Positions 10,033-21,087 of a stretch of 64,000 nucleotides of DNA are shown here, in pieces; within the stretch, counting starts at the first letter, position 1; the number at the start of each line of letters is the position of its first letter. Origin of the DNA: an uncultured Nitrososphaerota archaeon (lineage in GTDB: Archaea; Thermoproteota; Methanomethylicia; Methanomethylicales; Methanomethylicaceae); contig CAZWMA010000001.1 of the NCBI GenBank assembly GCA_964634735.1, positions 73,350 through 137,349 on the forward strand, in the 5' to 3' direction. Position numbers and translations under genes: made by a program. The notes under the pieces were generated by a model. That model had not been told where the DNA came from. It ran no database searches and saw only the letters and a program-made list of their open reading frames with translations.

Positions 10033-10521
10033 ATGAAATCTTTAATCGCTTACTACTCGCGTACAGGGACCACGAAGACAGTGGCCGAACAGCTCGCCAA
10101 CCTGATGGCGGCCGATGTGGAGGAGATCGTTGACATGAAAGGTCGGAAGGGCGTCTTCGGCTTCATCATATCCGGATACCAGGCAATGACCGAGAAGGTT
10201 GCCACGATCAAGCCGCCCGAGAAAGACACGTCGCAGTACGATCTCGTGGTCATTGGGACCCCTATCTGGGCAGGGAAGATGTCGTGCGCCGCACTCGCGT
10301 ATCTCAAGGCGATGGCGCAGGATGGGAAAGCGCCGAAGGCGGTCGCCTTTATTACAACAAGCGGCAGCGATAATGCCGTGAAGACGATGGCCCAAATGGA
10401 GAAGGTCTGCGGCAAGGCACCGGTCGCGGTCGCTTCATTCTCCGAAAAAGACGTTAAAAGCGGCAGCTATGCGCGCGGGCTCGAGTCCTTCGCTGCTAAA
10501 ATTGCACCACCCGCCGCATGA
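10033..10521 (+). CDS. flavodoxin
   Basis: 162 aa; MKSLIAYYSRTGTTKTVAEQLA FMN-binding N-terminal motif and flavodoxin-like fold pattern. Confidence 0.75.
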   Translation: MKSLIAYYSRTGTTKTVAEQLANLMAADVEEIVDMKGRKGVFGFIISGYQAMTEKVATIKPPEKDTSQYDLVVIGTPIWAGKMSCAALAYLKAMAQDGKAPKAVAFITTSGSDNAVKTMAQMEKVCGKAPVAVASFSEKDVKSGSYARGLESFAAKIAPPAA

Positions 10522-10561
10522 ATCCTTGGGCGCAGGGACTTTAATCAATAAGAGAAAAAGG

Positions 10562-10669
10562 CGCCCTGGCCGGGATTCGAACCCGGGTCACAGACTATCT
10601 ACGGACCTGCCTGATGGCAACGCCGTCCTCGACAGGCCTGTATACTGGGCCGAACTATACTACCAGGGC
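10562..10669 (-). tRNA. intron-containing tRNA (probably tRNA-Asp GUC; alternative fold gives a class II Ser-like structure)
   Basis: Reverse complement starts GCCCUGG and ends with T-arm CCGGG-UUCGAAU-CCCGG and 3' acceptor CCAGGGC with a perfectly paired acceptor stem; 108 nt without CCA implies a ~33-nt intron; best fold has anticodon loop CUGUCGA (GUC) with a 3' anticodon-stem strand GUCUG after the intron; followed by a T5 tract. Confidence 0.6.
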
Positions 10670-10824
10670 TTCCTCGGATTCTTCTTTAAAGTGAGCTATT
10701 AAAATCTATCTATATCTTCGCCCGATTGGAAAGCGCCAGCTCAAGCCGCACCACTCATCAAGCTTAATATTGTGCTGCACGATTGTTGTATCATATGATG
10801 CCCTGCGCGTTGAGGCTATCTGAG

Positions 10825-12015
10825 ATGTCCCAAGAAAAAAAGAGCCCAATTCCGCTGTTACTCCTCCTTCTCGTCGTTGGCCTGTACGCCGGCTATGCCC
10901 TCGGGTCGATAACTTCCCAGCCGTCGGACGACAGCGAGTACTTGGCTGGACGGATCAGCTCGCTGGAAGGGCTCGTCGCATCGCTGCAGTCGCAGCTCAA
11001 CGACATGGCTATCCGCAACCTCACATCGATCGATAGCATCCCGAGCCTGAACGCAATCTACAACTCCTCGAAGGCGTCCATAGTCACCATAACCGGGCTC
11101 GTCGAGTCTACATCGTTCTTCGTCACGACCTACGATGAGATCCTCGGTTCCGGTTTCGTCATCAACCTCACCGGCGAGCCACTAGTAATCACCAACTACC
11201 ACGTCGTCGACGGGCTCCTTAACTCCTCGATAACCTTCATAGACGGCGAGTCCTACAGCTTCTCGGTCGTGGGCATGGACAAGTACAGCGACATCGCCGT
11301 GCTCAGGCCCAACGCCCCCGCCTCGAAGCTCAAGCCCCTGACAGTGGCCTCCTCGTCCGGGCTCCTCGTCGGCGACTCCGTCATAGCCATCGGGAACCCG
11401 TACGGGCTCGAGAGCACGCTCACCGTCGGGATAGTCAGCCAGCTCGGGAGGGGCATCCAGACCGAGACCGCAGGCAGCTACACGATCGCCGGAGTCATTC
11501 AGATAAGCACGCCGATCAACCCGGGCAACTCCGGCGGCCCGCTCCTCGACTCGATGGGCAGGGTCGTAGGGATGACGACCGCCATCATATCCGGGTCGCA
11601 GAACGTCGGCTTCGCAGTGCCGTCCGACTCCCTGCTTAGGGAGATCGTATCGCTCACGACGACCGGCTCTTACCAGCACGCCTACCTCGGAATGAAGAGC
11701 CTCTCAAACAGCTACCTGATCTCCAACGCCCTCTCCCTCCCGGTGACATACGGCGTCCTGGTCCAGTCCGTCACCGATGGCACACCCGCTGATGACGCAG
11801 GCATACGCGGCGGCTCCTTCACCGTGGGCGTCGCCAACAGCACTGTATCGGGCGGCGGCGATCTGATCATCGCCATCGACGACAAGCTGATAACCACGCT
11901 CGACGACATGACCTCTCTGCTCGAGTCCTACCACCCTGGCCAGGCGATGAACGTCACTGTCATCAGGGAAGGCTCCCCCCTCACATTGTTTGTGACCCTT
12001 GGCGCAAGACCCTAG
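10825..12015 (+). CDS. HtrA/DegP-family trypsin-like serine protease with PDZ domain
   Basis: N-terminal TM helix, catalytic GNSGGPLLD serine motif, His/Asp region, C-terminal PDZ-like segment; start at MSQEKK (10825) or 10783. Confidence 0.8.
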   Translation: MSQEKKSPIPLLLLLLVVGLYAGYALGSITSQPSDDSEYLAGRISSLEGLVASLQSQLNDMAIRNLTSIDSIPSLNAIYNSSKASIVTITGLVESTSFFVTTYDEILGSGFVINLTGEPLVITNYHVVDGLLNSSITFIDGESYSFSVVGMDKYSDIAVLRPNAPASKLKPLTVASSSGLLVGDSVIAIGNPYGLESTLTVGIVSQLGRGIQTETAGSYTIAGVIQISTPINPGNSGGPLLDSMGRVVGMTTAIISGSQNVGFAVPSDSLLREIVSLTTTGSYQHAYLGMKSLSNSYLISNALSLPVTYGVLVQSVTDGTPADDAGIRGGSFTVGVANSTVSGGGDLIIAIDDKLITTLDDMTSLLESYHPGQAMNVTVIREGSPLTLFVTLGARP

Positions 12016-12082
12016 GCTCTTTTCCCGGGCCTGAAGTCCAAGAAAAAACTATAAATGTGGATACCTTTTCAAATAGCTTTAG

Positions 12083-12221
12083 CCCGCCCTAGCTCAGTGG
12101 TAGAGCGCCCGGCTGTAGACCGATGGTCGCGCAAGGGAATTCGCCTTGGGCGGTATATGTCCTTGCGTCAGCCTGGGCAATTACCGGGTGGTCGCTGGTT
12201 CAAATCCGGCGGGCGGGACCA
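12083..12221 (+). tRNA. tRNA-Tyr (GUA) with 64-nt intron, CCA encoded
   Basis: Acceptor CCCGCCC/GGGCGGG, D-arm GCUC-AGUGGUA-GAGC, anticodon stem CCCGG, loop CUGUAGA (GUA), 64-nt insertion before the 3' stem strand CCGGG at 12184-12188, variable loop UGGUC, T-arm GCUGG-UUCAAAU-CCGGC, discriminator A, CCA. Confidence 0.85.
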
Positions 12222-12354
12222 CCATTTCCGCATTCCGGCCCATCGGATTGCCCCGAAGAGGCTGCCCTTCTATGCCAAATGGGTACTGTGAAGTATCAAA
12301 AACTTTATTAACCGCATTATTTTTGTGAATGGTTAGCTCGATTCTGGGCATCTT

Positions 12355-12765
12355 GTGTTTGTTTCATTCTTTTGGGTGGTAAATTTGGGCAAATTTGATA
12401 TTCTCGAGCATGACCTTGTACCGGAGTTCAGGATCCTCAACCGTGAGGAGTACCATGCGCTCCGAAAAGCCCTCGGAATAAGGAAGGAGGACCTGCCATG
12501 GATAAGGAACAGCGACCCCGTCTGCGTGAGGCTGAAGGAGGCGCAGAAGGTCGCCCGCTGCCCCAAATGCGACAGCAAATTGGTGGAAACCGTTCAGGAG
12601 AGGGAAGTCAAGGGCATAATGACCCAAAAGAAGGTCATAAAGTGCGAGAATGAGAAGTGCGACTACTACGAGCCGGTCATCGGCCCAGGGCAGATCCTCG
12701 AGATAACGAGGAAGAGCCTGGTCGCAGGTAATGCAGTTGCCTACCGTTATGTTGTGCCAGGGTGA
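12355..12765 (+). CDS. rpoH: DNA-directed RNA polymerase subunit H (Rpb5 homolog) with internal zinc-ribbon-like insertion
   Basis: DILEHDLVPEFRILNREE...DPV and C-terminal ITRKSLVAGNAVAYRYVV match RpoH; true start probably internal (GTG/TTG near 12376-12385); contains an extra CPKC...CENEKC segment; stop overlaps the rpoB start. Confidence 0.75.
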   Translation: MFVSFFWVVNLGKFDILEHDLVPEFRILNREEYHALRKALGIRKEDLPWIRNSDPVCVRLKEAQKVARCPKCDSKLVETVQEREVKGIMTQKKVIKCENEKCDYYEPVIGPGQILEITRKSLVAGNAVAYRYVVPG

Positions 12766-15700
12766 TTTTGTTGAGCGAAATAGTAATGGACGACAGATGG
12801 GAGCTCATCGAGTCCTTCTTCAAGGAGAAGGGTCTCGTGAGACAGCATTTGGATTCATTTGACGATTTCATAAAGAACAAGCTCCAGGAGATTGTGGATG
12901 AGCAGAGCGTCATCGAGACCGATATAGGTTTCAAGATAAAGCTCGGCAAGCTCACCATCGGAAAGCCGACTATCCACGAGGCGGACGGCTCCGAGAAGGA
13001 GATCCTCCCCATGGAGGCTAGGCAGAGGAACCTCACGTACGCCGCATCGATGCACCTCCAGGTAACGCCGATAGAGGATGGCTACGAAGAGGAGCCGATA
13101 TCGGTCTACATCGGCAAGCTCCCGATAATGGTCCGGTCCTCCTACTGCGCCCTTTCGAAGGCAACAAAGGAGGAGCTGATCAAGGCGGGAGAGGACCCGG
13201 CAGATCCCGGAGGCTACTTCATAGTGAACGGCTCGGAGAGGGTCGTCGTCATACAGGAGGACCTCGCGGTAAACAGGATCCTCGTAGACAAGATGGAGGG
13301 CGCTTCGCCGGTTACGCACGTCGCGAAGGTCTTCTCCGCGACATCCGGGTTCAGGGTGCCGGTCACGATCGAAAGGATGAAGGACGGCGGGCTGATGGTA
13401 ACGTTCCCGTCGATCCCAGGAAGGATCTCGCTGGCAATTCTCATGAAGGCGCTCGGCGTCTCGTCAGACAAGGAACTCGTGGACTACGTCTCGAGCGACC
13501 CCAACGTCCAGAAGGCGCTCATTCCAACCCTCGAGGGCGGAATCGAGATCAATGCAACAGAGGATGCCCTGGACTATATCGGCAACAGGGTCGCCATAGG
13601 CCAGACAAAGGACTTCCGAGTCTCGCGGGCGCTCCAGATTTTGGACAAGTACCTCCTGCCACACCTCGGCATGACCGAGCCGGACAGGAAGAAGAAGTCG
13701 CTGTTCCTGGGCCAGATGGCAGAGAAGCTCATAGAGCTCTCCATTCAGCGCAGGGCGGCAGACGACAAGGACCATTACGCTAACAAGAGGCTCAAGCTAG
13801 CAGGCGATCTGCTCGCCGGCCTCTTCAGGGTCGCATTCAAGAGCTTCTGCAGGGACATGAAGTACCAGCTCGAGAGGGCAAAGAGCAGGAGCAGGCGCGT
13901 CTCGATCCCGACACTCGTCAGGGCGGACGTCATAACCGAGCGCCTCAGGCACGCGCTGGCCACCGGCAACTGGGTCGGCGGCAAGGCGGGCGTGAGCCAG
14001 CTGCTCGACCGCACGAACTACCTGTCGACCATTGGCCACCTGAGGAGGATCATATCCCCGCTCAGCAGGTCGCAGCCTCACTTCGAGGCAAGGGACCTCC
14101 ACTCAACCCAATGGGGCAGGCTCTGCCCGAGCGAGACCCCCGAAGGCCCGAACTGCGGGCTGGTCAAGAACCTCGCGTTGATGTCATTCATATCCGTGGG
14201 CATGGACGAACGCCCGGTCGAGGAGCTCCTTTACGAGCTCAACACCGAAGCGATCGACTCAGCAAGGAAGAAGACCATGACCGGCGCGAAGGTAATACTG
14301 AACGGCAGGCTCATAGGGATCCACGAGAAGCCCGAGCTCCTGGTCGCAGACGTCAGGAAGATGCGCCGGAAGGGCAGGCTGGGTAACGAGGTCAACGTGG
14401 CCCACTACAAGCAGGGTGATATAAACGAGGTCTACGTCAACTGCGACGCAGGGAGGGTAAGGCGCCCGCTCATAATCGTCGACGACGCGCTTCCAAAGCT
14501 CACAAAGGAGCACATCGAGCGGCTTGTGGCCAACGAGTGGCTGTGGAACGAGCTCATCCAGCAGGGCGTTGTGGAATACCTCGACGCAGAGGAGGAGGAG
14601 AACGCCTACATAGCGCTGGACCTCAAGAACCTGGACAAGGAGCGCACGCACCTCGAGATAGTCGCATCGACCATACTCGGCATAAGCGCATCCATGATTC
14701 CGTTCCTCGAGGCGAACCAGTCGCCAAGGAACACCTACGGCTCAGCCATGATAAAGCAGTCGCTAGGCTTCTACAGCGCCAACTACTCAAAGCGCCTCGA
14801 CACCAGGGGGCACCTGCTGCACTATCCGCAGAAGCCCATGGTTAACACGAGGTCCGCGAAGACCCTCGAGCTTGACAAGAGGCCCGCGGGGCAGAACTTC
14901 GTGGTCGCGATACTTTCCTACTCGGGGTTCAACATAGAGGACGCCCTGATAATGAACAAGTCCTCCGTTGAGAGGGGCCTTGCGAGGTCCTCGTTCTTCA
15001 GGTGCTACGAGACAGAGGAGCGCAGGTACCCTGGAGGCCAGGAGGACAAGATCGAGGTCCCGTCCCCGACAGTTAGGGGCTACAGGACATCAGAGTCATA
15101 CTCCTCGCTCGGGGATGACGGCATAATCGAGCCGGAGTCCGCCCTCAAGGGCGGCGATGTCCTGGTCGGCAAGACCAGCCCGCCCAGATTCCTCGAGGAG
15201 TATAAGGAGTTCGAGCAGGCCGGGCCGCAGAGGCGGGAGACATCCGTCTCGATGAGGGCGGGTGAGGACGGCGTCGTCGACTTGGTGATAATCACCGAGA
15301 CCTCGGACGGCAACAAGCTCGTCAAGATCCGCGTCAGGAACGAGAGGATACCCGAGCTCGGAGACAAGTTCGCCTCAAGGCACGGGCAGAAGGGCGTCAT
15401 CGGGATGCTGGTCCCTCAGTACGACATGCCATACACAGAGGATGGCGTCGTGCCTGACCTGATAATCAACCCGCACGCCATCCCATCAAGGATGACGCTT
15501 GGGCAGCTGCTAGAGCTGCTCGGCGGCAAGGCTCACGCGGCCTCAGGCAAGCCGATTGACGGCACCGCCTTCTGCGGCGACAGCGAGAAGACTATGCGCG
15601 AGCTGCTGAAGAAGTGCGGTCTCAAGCCGACGGGCAAGGAGGTCCTCTACGACGGCAGGACCGGAAGGATGCTGGAGGCTGACGTCTACGTGGGCATCGC

Positions 15701-16097
15701 CTACTACCTCAAGCTCCACCACATGGTTGCAGACAAGATGCACGCCAGGGCCCGCGGGCCAGTCCAGATACTCACAAGGCAGCCGACCGAAGGCCGTGCA
15801 AGGGAAGGAGGCCTTAGGTTCGGAGAGATGGAACGCGATTGCCTCGTTGGACATGGTGCGGCAATGCTCCTGAAGGAGCGGCTCCTCGAAGAGTCCGACC
15901 GCACAGTCGTGAACATCTGCGAGGACTGCGGCCTGATCTCATACTACGACAGGATCAAAGACAAGAACTTCTGCCCGATATGCGGGGAGAAGGCAAAGAC
16001 GACCAAGGTGGTCATGTCGTATGCCTTCAAGCTGCTGTTGCAGGAGCTAATGAGCCTGGGGGTAGCCCCAAGGCTGAGGCTACAGGAGAGGGTGTAG
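12762..16097 (+). CDS. rpoB: DNA-directed RNA polymerase subunit B (unsplit)
   Basis: 1111 aa single ORF; the translation aligns to RpoB across its full length, including the C-terminal zinc-binding CEDCG...CPICG segment. Confidence 0.9.
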   Translation: MILLSEIVMDDRWELIESFFKEKGLVRQHLDSFDDFIKNKLQEIVDEQSVIETDIGFKIKLGKLTIGKPTIHEADGSEKEILPMEARQRNLTYAASMHLQVTPIEDGYEEEPISVYIGKLPIMVRSSYCALSKATKEELIKAGEDPADPGGYFIVNGSERVVVIQEDLAVNRILVDKMEGASPVTHVAKVFSATSGFRVPVTIERMKDGGLMVTFPSIPGRISLAILMKALGVSSDKELVDYVSSDPNVQKALIPTLEGGIEINATEDALDYIGNRVAIGQTKDFRVSRALQILDKYLLPHLGMTEPDRKKKSLFLGQMAEKLIELSIQRRAADDKDHYANKRLKLAGDLLAGLFRVAFKSFCRDMKYQLERAKSRSRRVSIPTLVRADVITERLRHALATGNWVGGKAGVSQLLDRTNYLSTIGHLRRIISPLSRSQPHFEARDLHSTQWGRLCPSETPEGPNCGLVKNLALMSFISVGMDERPVEELLYELNTEAIDSARKKTMTGAKVILNGRLIGIHEKPELLVADVRKMRRKGRLGNEVNVAHYKQGDINEVYVNCDAGRVRRPLIIVDDALPKLTKEHIERLVANEWLWNELIQQGVVEYLDAEEEENAYIALDLKNLDKERTHLEIVASTILGISASMIPFLEANQSPRNTYGSAMIKQSLGFYSANYSKRLDTRGHLLHYPQKPMVNTRSAKTLELDKRPAGQNFVVAILSYSGFNIEDALIMNKSSVERGLARSSFFRCYETEERRYPGGQEDKIEVPSPTVRGYRTSESYSSLGDDGIIEPESALKGGDVLVGKTSPPRFLEEYKEFEQAGPQRRETSVSMRAGEDGVVDLVIITETSDGNKLVKIRVRNERIPELGDKFASRHGQKGVIGMLVPQYDMPYTEDGVVPDLIINPHAIPSRMTLGQLLELLGGKAHAASGKPIDGTAFCGDSEKTMRELLKKCGLKPTGKEVLYDGRTGRMLEADVYVGIAYYLKLHHMVADKMHARARGPVQILTRQPTEGRAREGGLRFGEMERDCLVGHGAAMLLKERLLEESDRTVVNICEDCGLISYYDRIKDKNFCPICGEKAKTTKVVMSYAFKLLLQELMSLGVAPRLRLQERV

Positions 16098-16101
16098 AGA
16101 C

Positions 16102-18759
16102 ATGTCCCTATCAGAACTCGCAAAGGCTATTCACGGAATCAAGTTCGGCTTGCTCTCGCCAGAGAGCATCAGGAAGATGTCCGTCGTCAACATAATTACC
16201 GCGGACACCTACGATGAGGACGGCGTGCCGATCGACGCCGGGCTCATGGACCGGAAGCTCGGGACGATAGAGCCGGGGCAGAAGTGCCAGACATGCGGTA
16301 ACCGCGTTGGCAACTGCCCGGGTCACTTCGGCCACATCGAGCTCGCAAGGCCGGTGGTCCATCCTGGATTCGCCAAGCTAGTCTACCTCATGCTAAGGGG
16401 GACATGCTGGAACTGCGGGAGGCTGCTCCTCTCTGAGGAGGACTATAGGAAGTACTCCCTGAGGATGGATAAGTACAGGAAGAAGTGGCCGCAGTTCAGG
16501 TTCAAGCTCGCAGACCAGATCCTGAAGAAGGCGAACAAGGCAAGCGAATGCCCCTACTGCCACGAAGGTCAGTTCAAGATCAAGTTCGAGAAGCCGACAG
16601 GGTACTCCGAGGAGAGGAAGGAGGGCCCAAAGAGGATCTACTCCAACGAGATAAGGGGAAGGCTCGAGCGCATCACCGAGATTGACGCATCGCTCATAGG
16701 GCTCGACCCATCGATGGCTCGGCCGGAGTGGATGCTCCTCACGGTGCTCCCAGTTCCGCCATCAACCGTCCGCCCCTCGATAACGCTCGAGTCAGGCGTG
16801 CGGTCAGAGGACGACCTGACCCACAAGCTAGTGGACATAATCAGGATCAACGAGAGGCTCAAGGAGAACATCGACGCAGGCGCACCCCAGCTGATCATAG
16901 AGGACCTCTGGGAGCTGCTCCAGTACCACGTAACGACCTACTTCGACAACGAGACCTCGGGCATACCGCCAGCGAGGCACAGGTCAGGCAGGCCGCTGCG
17001 GACGATCGCCCAGAGGCTGAAGGGCAAGGAAGGCCGCTTCAGGTCGAACCTCTCCGGCAAGCGCGTCGACTTCTCCGCAAGGACGGTAATCTCGCCTGAC
17101 CCGATAATCAGCATGAACGAGGTCGGCGTCCCAGTCGACATCGCAAAGCTGCTCACAATCCCGGAGCGGGTCAACAAGTACAATATAGATGAGCTCAAGA
17201 CGATCATAACGAACGGGCCGGATGGACACCCAGGCGCTAACTACATAATACGCCCAGACGGCAGGAGGATCGATCTCCGCTTCCCCAAGGACCGCAAGCT
17301 CACTGCCGACGCAACCGAGATCGGCTTCGTGGTCGAGCGGCACCTCAAGAACGGCGACGTGGTCCTCTTCAACAGGCAGCCGTCGCTGCACAGGATGTCA
17401 ATTATGGCGCACAGGGTCAGGGTCCTGCCTTACAAGACATTCAGGCTCAACCTCTGCGTCTGCCCGCCATACAACGCCGACTTCGACGGAGACGAGATGA
17501 ACCTTCACGTCCCCCAGAGCGAGGAGGCCAGGGCAGAGGCGTTGGTGCTGATGCTGGTGCAGGAGCAGATTCTCTCCCCCAGGTACGGCGGCCCAATCAT
17601 GGGTGGCATCCAGGACTACATATCAGGCGCCTATATGCTAACCCGCAGGAGCACTATACTCTCAAAGGCCGACGCAGCACAGCTCCTGGCGAGCGCAGGC
17701 TATAGGGGCCCGCTGCCGCCGCCGGAGTCGAAGTCACCCAAGGAGTACTGGACCGGCAAGCAGCTGGCCAGCCTCTTCTTCCCTAAGGGGTTCAACTACA
17801 CGCTCAAGTCCAACATATGCCAGAAGTGCAACGTCTGCAAGCAGGAGGAGTGCGAGAACGACGCCTACGTGGTGATCAAGGACGGCCAGCTCCTCGCCGG
17901 CGTCATCGATAAGAAGGCGATCGGCGCCCAGCAGCCGGAATCGGTCCTTCACAGGCTCGTGAAGGACTACGGCACAGATATGGGCAGGGACTACATCGAC
18001 AAGGCGTTCAAGCTGTTCCTTGCATTCATCGACAGCCGCGGGCTGACGATAGGGCTCGATGACGAGGAGCTCGACAAGGAGGCAAAGGAAAAGGTCAGGA
18101 GCGTCATTAGGGAAGCCGAGAAGCAGGTCAACGCTAACATCGAAGCATACCATGAAGGGCTGCTTGAGCGATTGCCAGGAAGGACGCTTGAGGAGACCCT
18201 TGAGACACAGGTGATGCAGGTCCTGGAGAAAGCGAGGGAATCATCAGGAGAGATTGCCAGCAAGCACCTGAAGGAAGGCAACACAGCGCTGCTCATGGCT
18301 AAGACCGGAGCTAGGGGAAGCCTCATGAACCTCGCGCACATGGTCGCATGCGTAGGCCAGCAGGCGGTCAGGGGCGAAAGGATTACCAGGGGTTACCAGA
18401 ACAGGACGCTGCCGCACTTCAAGGTCGGCGACCGCGGCGCAGAAGCCCACGGCTTCGTCTACAGCAGCTACAAGGACAAGCTCAACCCCATCGAGTTCTT
18501 CTTCCACGCCATGGGCGGGAGAGAAGGATTGGTGGACACAGCCGTCAGGACAAGCCAGAGCGGCTACATGCAGCGCAGGCTCATCAACGCCCTGCAGGAT
18601 ATCAGGGTAGAGTATGACTGGACCGTAAGGGGAACCGACGGATCCATAATACAGTTCATCTACGGCGACGACGGCGTAGACCCGGCAAAGAGCGACCACG
18701 GGAAAGCCGTCAACATCGACAAGATAATCGAGAGGGTCGTCAAGGCAGGAGGCAAGTGA
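16102..18759 (+). CDS. rpoA1: DNA-directed RNA polymerase subunit A'
   Basis: 885 aa; N-terminal zinc motifs and the [10 protein letters not shown] catalytic aspartate loop. Confidence 0.9.
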   Translation: MSLSELAKAIHGIKFGLLSPESIRKMSVVNIITADTYDEDGVPIDAGLMDRKLGTIEPGQKCQTCGNRVGNCPGHFGHIELARPVVHPGFAKLVYLMLRGTCWNCGRLLLSEEDYRKYSLRMDKYRKKWPQFRFKLADQILKKANKASECPYCHEGQFKIKFEKPTGYSEERKEGPKRIYSNEIRGRLERITEIDASLIGLDPSMARPEWMLLTVLPVPPSTVRPSITLESGVRSEDDLTHKLVDIIRINERLKENIDAGAPQLIIEDLWELLQYHVTTYFDNETSGIPPARHRSGRPLRTIAQRLKGKEGRFRSNLSGKRVDFSARTVISPDPIISMNEVGVPVDIAKLLTIPERVNKYNIDELKTIITNGPDGHPGANYIIRPDGRRIDLRFPKDRKLTADATEIGFVVERHLKNGDVVLFNRQPSLHRMSIMAHRVRVLPYKTFRLNLCVCPPYNADFDGDEMNLHVPQSEEARAEALVLMLVQEQILSPRYGGPIMGGIQDYISGAYMLTRRSTILSKADAAQLLASAGYRGPLPPPESKSPKEYWTGKQLASLFFPKGFNYTLKSNICQKCNVCKQEECENDAYVVIKDGQLLAGVIDKKAIGAQQPESVLHRLVKDYGTDMGRDYIDKAFKLFLAFIDSRGLTIGLDDEELDKEAKEKVRSVIREAEKQVNANIEAYHEGLLERLPGRTLEETLETQVMQVLEKARESSGEIASKHLKEGNTALLMAKTGARGSLMNLAHMVACVGQQAVRGERITRGYQNRTLPHFKVGDRGAEAHGFVYSSYKDKLNPIEFFFHAMGGREGLVDTAVRTSQSGYMQRRLINALQDIRVEYDWTVRGTDGSIIQFIYGDDGVDPAKSDHGKAVNIDKIIERVVKAGGK

Positions 18760-18760
18760 G

Positions 18761-20251
18761 ATGGCCAAGAAAAAAACCGCAGAAAAACCAGTCAAGGCAG
18801 AAGAAGCAGAGGTAGTCGAGGTCATAGCGGCTGAAGAGCCGACCTCGACCAAGGCTAAGGCAAAGGCCAAGGCGAGCGCCAAGACCAAGGCAAAGACCAG
18901 CTCGAAGAAAGCCGAGGAAGCCGCGCCAGCAGCGAAGGAAAAAGCCCCTGCCAAGAAGACAACCGCCGCCAAGACCAAGGCAAAGAAGCCGAAGGCGGTC
19001 GCAGCAGCCGAAGATGATGCAGACGCCGAGTCTGCCGGCGAAGACGCCGACAGGGTAAAGCCAAAGCGCAGGGCTGAGGTTGCCGCCCCGGAGCTGCCAA
19101 TCGTCGATGAGGTACTCGACAAGAAAGACAGAAAACTCCCAAAGAAGCTTGTCGACGACCTCAAGACAAAGCTGACGCCGTACAAGGGCAAGCTAAGCGA
19201 AACCCAGATGTCGAAGGTTGTGGAAAACACTTACACCTCTTACGTCAAGGCTCTCATTGAGCCGGGGGAGGCTGCAGGAACCGTTGCTGCCCAGTCCGTG
19301 GGCGAGCCAGGAACCCAGATGACTCTAAGGACATTCCACTATGCGGGTGTCAGGGAGCTCAACGTGACTTTGGGTCTTCCGAGGCTTATCGAAATCGTAG
19401 ACGCTAGGCGCATACCATCAACTCCTACGATGACCATCTTCCTCGATGAAGACCACAAGCACGACCTGAACAAGGCGAAGGACATCGCGTCCAAGATTGA
19501 GACCGTGACTGTGGAGAACATCGCCAAGAGCATAGGCTACGAGATGCTCAACAACTTCACTATCGAAGTCGACAACGAGATGTGCGAGGACAAGATGATC
19601 GAGATCGACTACATCAAGAAGTCGATAGAAAAGCTCAAGATACCCGGCTCTGTCGAGGTCGAGGGCAACAACATAACGATCACACCGGACATTACCGACC
19701 GGGACAAGATCAAGCGCGTAAGGGAGCGCATAATGGACCTCCGCCTGAAGGGAATCAAGGGCATCAAGAGGGTCGTCATCGAGAAGAAGGGCGACGAGTA
19801 TCTGCTGAGGACGGACGGCTCCAACCTCTCGCAGGTGATCCTCAACATCAAGGGCATCGACGCGAACAAGGTCTATACGAACAACGTCTCCGAGATTGCA
19901 GAGGTCCTCGGAATCGAGGCCGCGAGGAGCGCCATAATACGCGAAGCCTTCGAGGTCCTCGACCAGCAAGGCTTAGACGTAGACGTCCGGCACATGATAC
20001 TGGTGGCCGACCTTATGACCTCCACTGGCAAGATAAGGCAGATTGGCAGGCACGGGGTCAGCGGCGAGAAGTCGAGCGTCCTCGCGAGGGCTGCATTCGA
20101 GGTAACCGTAAAACATTTATTGGATGCGGCAGCACATGGAGAAGAGGACCTCTTGGAGGGAGTTACGGAGAACGTGATTGTCGGACAGCCAATCCCGCTG
20201 GGCACCGGTATCGTCGAATTGTTTATGAGATTCTCAAAAGAAGGTACATAG
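18761..20251 (+). CDS. rpoA2: DNA-directed RNA polymerase subunit A'' with ~120-aa Lys/Ala-rich N-terminal extension
   Basis: Conserved A'' core from about LPKKLVDDL...[31 protein letters not shown] to the end; preceded in-frame by a low-complexity AKAKAK/KTKAK tail starting 2 nt after the rpoA' stop. Confidence 0.85.
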   Translation: MAKKKTAEKPVKAEEAEVVEVIAAEEPTSTKAKAKAKASAKTKAKTSSKKAEEAAPAAKEKAPAKKTTAAKTKAKKPKAVAAAEDDADAESAGEDADRVKPKRRAEVAAPELPIVDEVLDKKDRKLPKKLVDDLKTKLTPYKGKLSETQMSKVVENTYTSYVKALIEPGEAAGTVAAQSVGEPGTQMTLRTFHYAGVRELNVTLGLPRLIEIVDARRIPSTPTMTIFLDEDHKHDLNKAKDIASKIETVTVENIAKSIGYEMLNNFTIEVDNEMCEDKMIEIDYIKKSIEKLKIPGSVEVEGNNITITPDITDRDKIKRVRERIMDLRLKGIKGIKRVVIEKKGDEYLLRTDGSNLSQVILNIKGIDANKVYTNNVSEIAEVLGIEAARSAIIREAFEVLDQQGLDVDVRHMILVADLMTSTGKIRQIGRHGVSGEKSSVLARAAFEVTVKHLLDAAAHGEEDLLEGVTENVIVGQPIPLGTGIVELFMRFSKEGT

Positions 20252-20252
20252 T

Positions 20253-20549
20253 ATGGATTTAGCAAAAGAGCTCAAAGTAGCAATAAACACAGGCAAGGTC
20301 GAGATCGGCTTCAAGGTCGGCCTCAAGACAGCCAACAAGAAGAAGGCAAAGCTCATCGTCATAGCTGCCAATGCTCCGGATGAAATAGCAGCAAAGATCA
20401 AGGCTTCGGCAGGCAGTGAAACGCCTTTATACAAGTTCCCCGGCTCCAGCTGGGAGCTGGGCGGCGTATGCGGCAAGCCATATCCTGTGAGCATATTGAC
20501 TATCGTTGACCCTGGCGAATCCGCCATACTCAAGGTCCAGGAGGGCTAA
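20253..20549 (+). CDS. rpl30e: ribosomal protein L30e
   Basis: 98 aa; sequence matches archaeal L30e and sits at the canonical position after rpoA''. Confidence 0.85.
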   Translation: MDLAKELKVAINTGKVEIGFKVGLKTANKKKAKLIVIAANAPDEIAAKIKASAGSETPLYKFPGSSWELGGVCGKPYPVSILTIVDPGESAILKVQEG

Positions 20550-20582
20550 GTCTTACCTACAATCAAGCTGACCTCGGACGAT

Positions 20583-20987
20583 ATGCGGTTCATCGCCCTC
20601 CTCGAGAGCCTGACCGGGGCGGTGGCGAAGGACTGCGTCCTAAGCCCGGAAGACAACGGCATAATCTACATCATACGCCCGGGCGACATGGGGCTTGCAA
20701 TAGGAAAGAACGGCACCAACATCGAGCGAACCAGGAAAGTCATAAACCGGCCCGTTGAGATTGTTGAGTATGCAGAGACCCCCGAGGGTTTCATCAAGAA
20801 CATCATCGCCCCAGCGAAGATACGCGGGATCAGGATAAACAAGACTTCCGACGGCCACACTGTAGCACAGGTAACGGTCGATCCCCACGATAAGGGGATG
20901 GCCATCGGCAAGAGCGGCAAGAACATCGCGAAGACCCGGCTCCTTATGAAGCGGCACTTCGACCTGGACAATGTTGTTGTCCTCTGA
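20583..20987 (+). CDS. nusA: archaeal NusA-like transcription termination factor (two KH domains)
   Basis: 134 aa with two GxxG KH motifs (IGKNGTNI, IGKSGKNI); canonical position. Confidence 0.8.
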   Translation: MRFIALLESLTGAVAKDCVLSPEDNGIIYIIRPGDMGLAIGKNGTNIERTRKVINRPVEIVEYAETPEGFIKNIIAPAKIRGIRINKTSDGHTVAQVTVDPHDKGMAIGKSGKNIAKTRLLMKRHFDLDNVVVL

Positions 20988-21087
20988 TCCGCAGAGTCGA
21001 TCCAGAGCCCAGTCCGATGAGCGTCAAGTAGCGAAGAAGTTATATAATTGGTTGTGATTTCCTAACTTCGCATCAAAGGTGTATTTC

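Noticed and set aside
11182-11679. 165-aa minus-strand ORF inside htrA
   Set aside because: Antisense to the protease catalytic domain; no independent support.
18761-19135. Possibility that the K/A-rich region is a separate small histone- or Alba-like gene
   Set aside because: No stop separates it from the RpoA'' core and no internal start with upstream signals is evident; kept as a fused extension, and the alternative is noted in the findings.
18244-19230. 328-aa minus-strand ORF rich in Ser/Ala/Leu
   Set aside because: Antisense shadow of the rpoA'' coding region; its composition mirrors the Lys/Ala codons on the sense strand. No independent signal.
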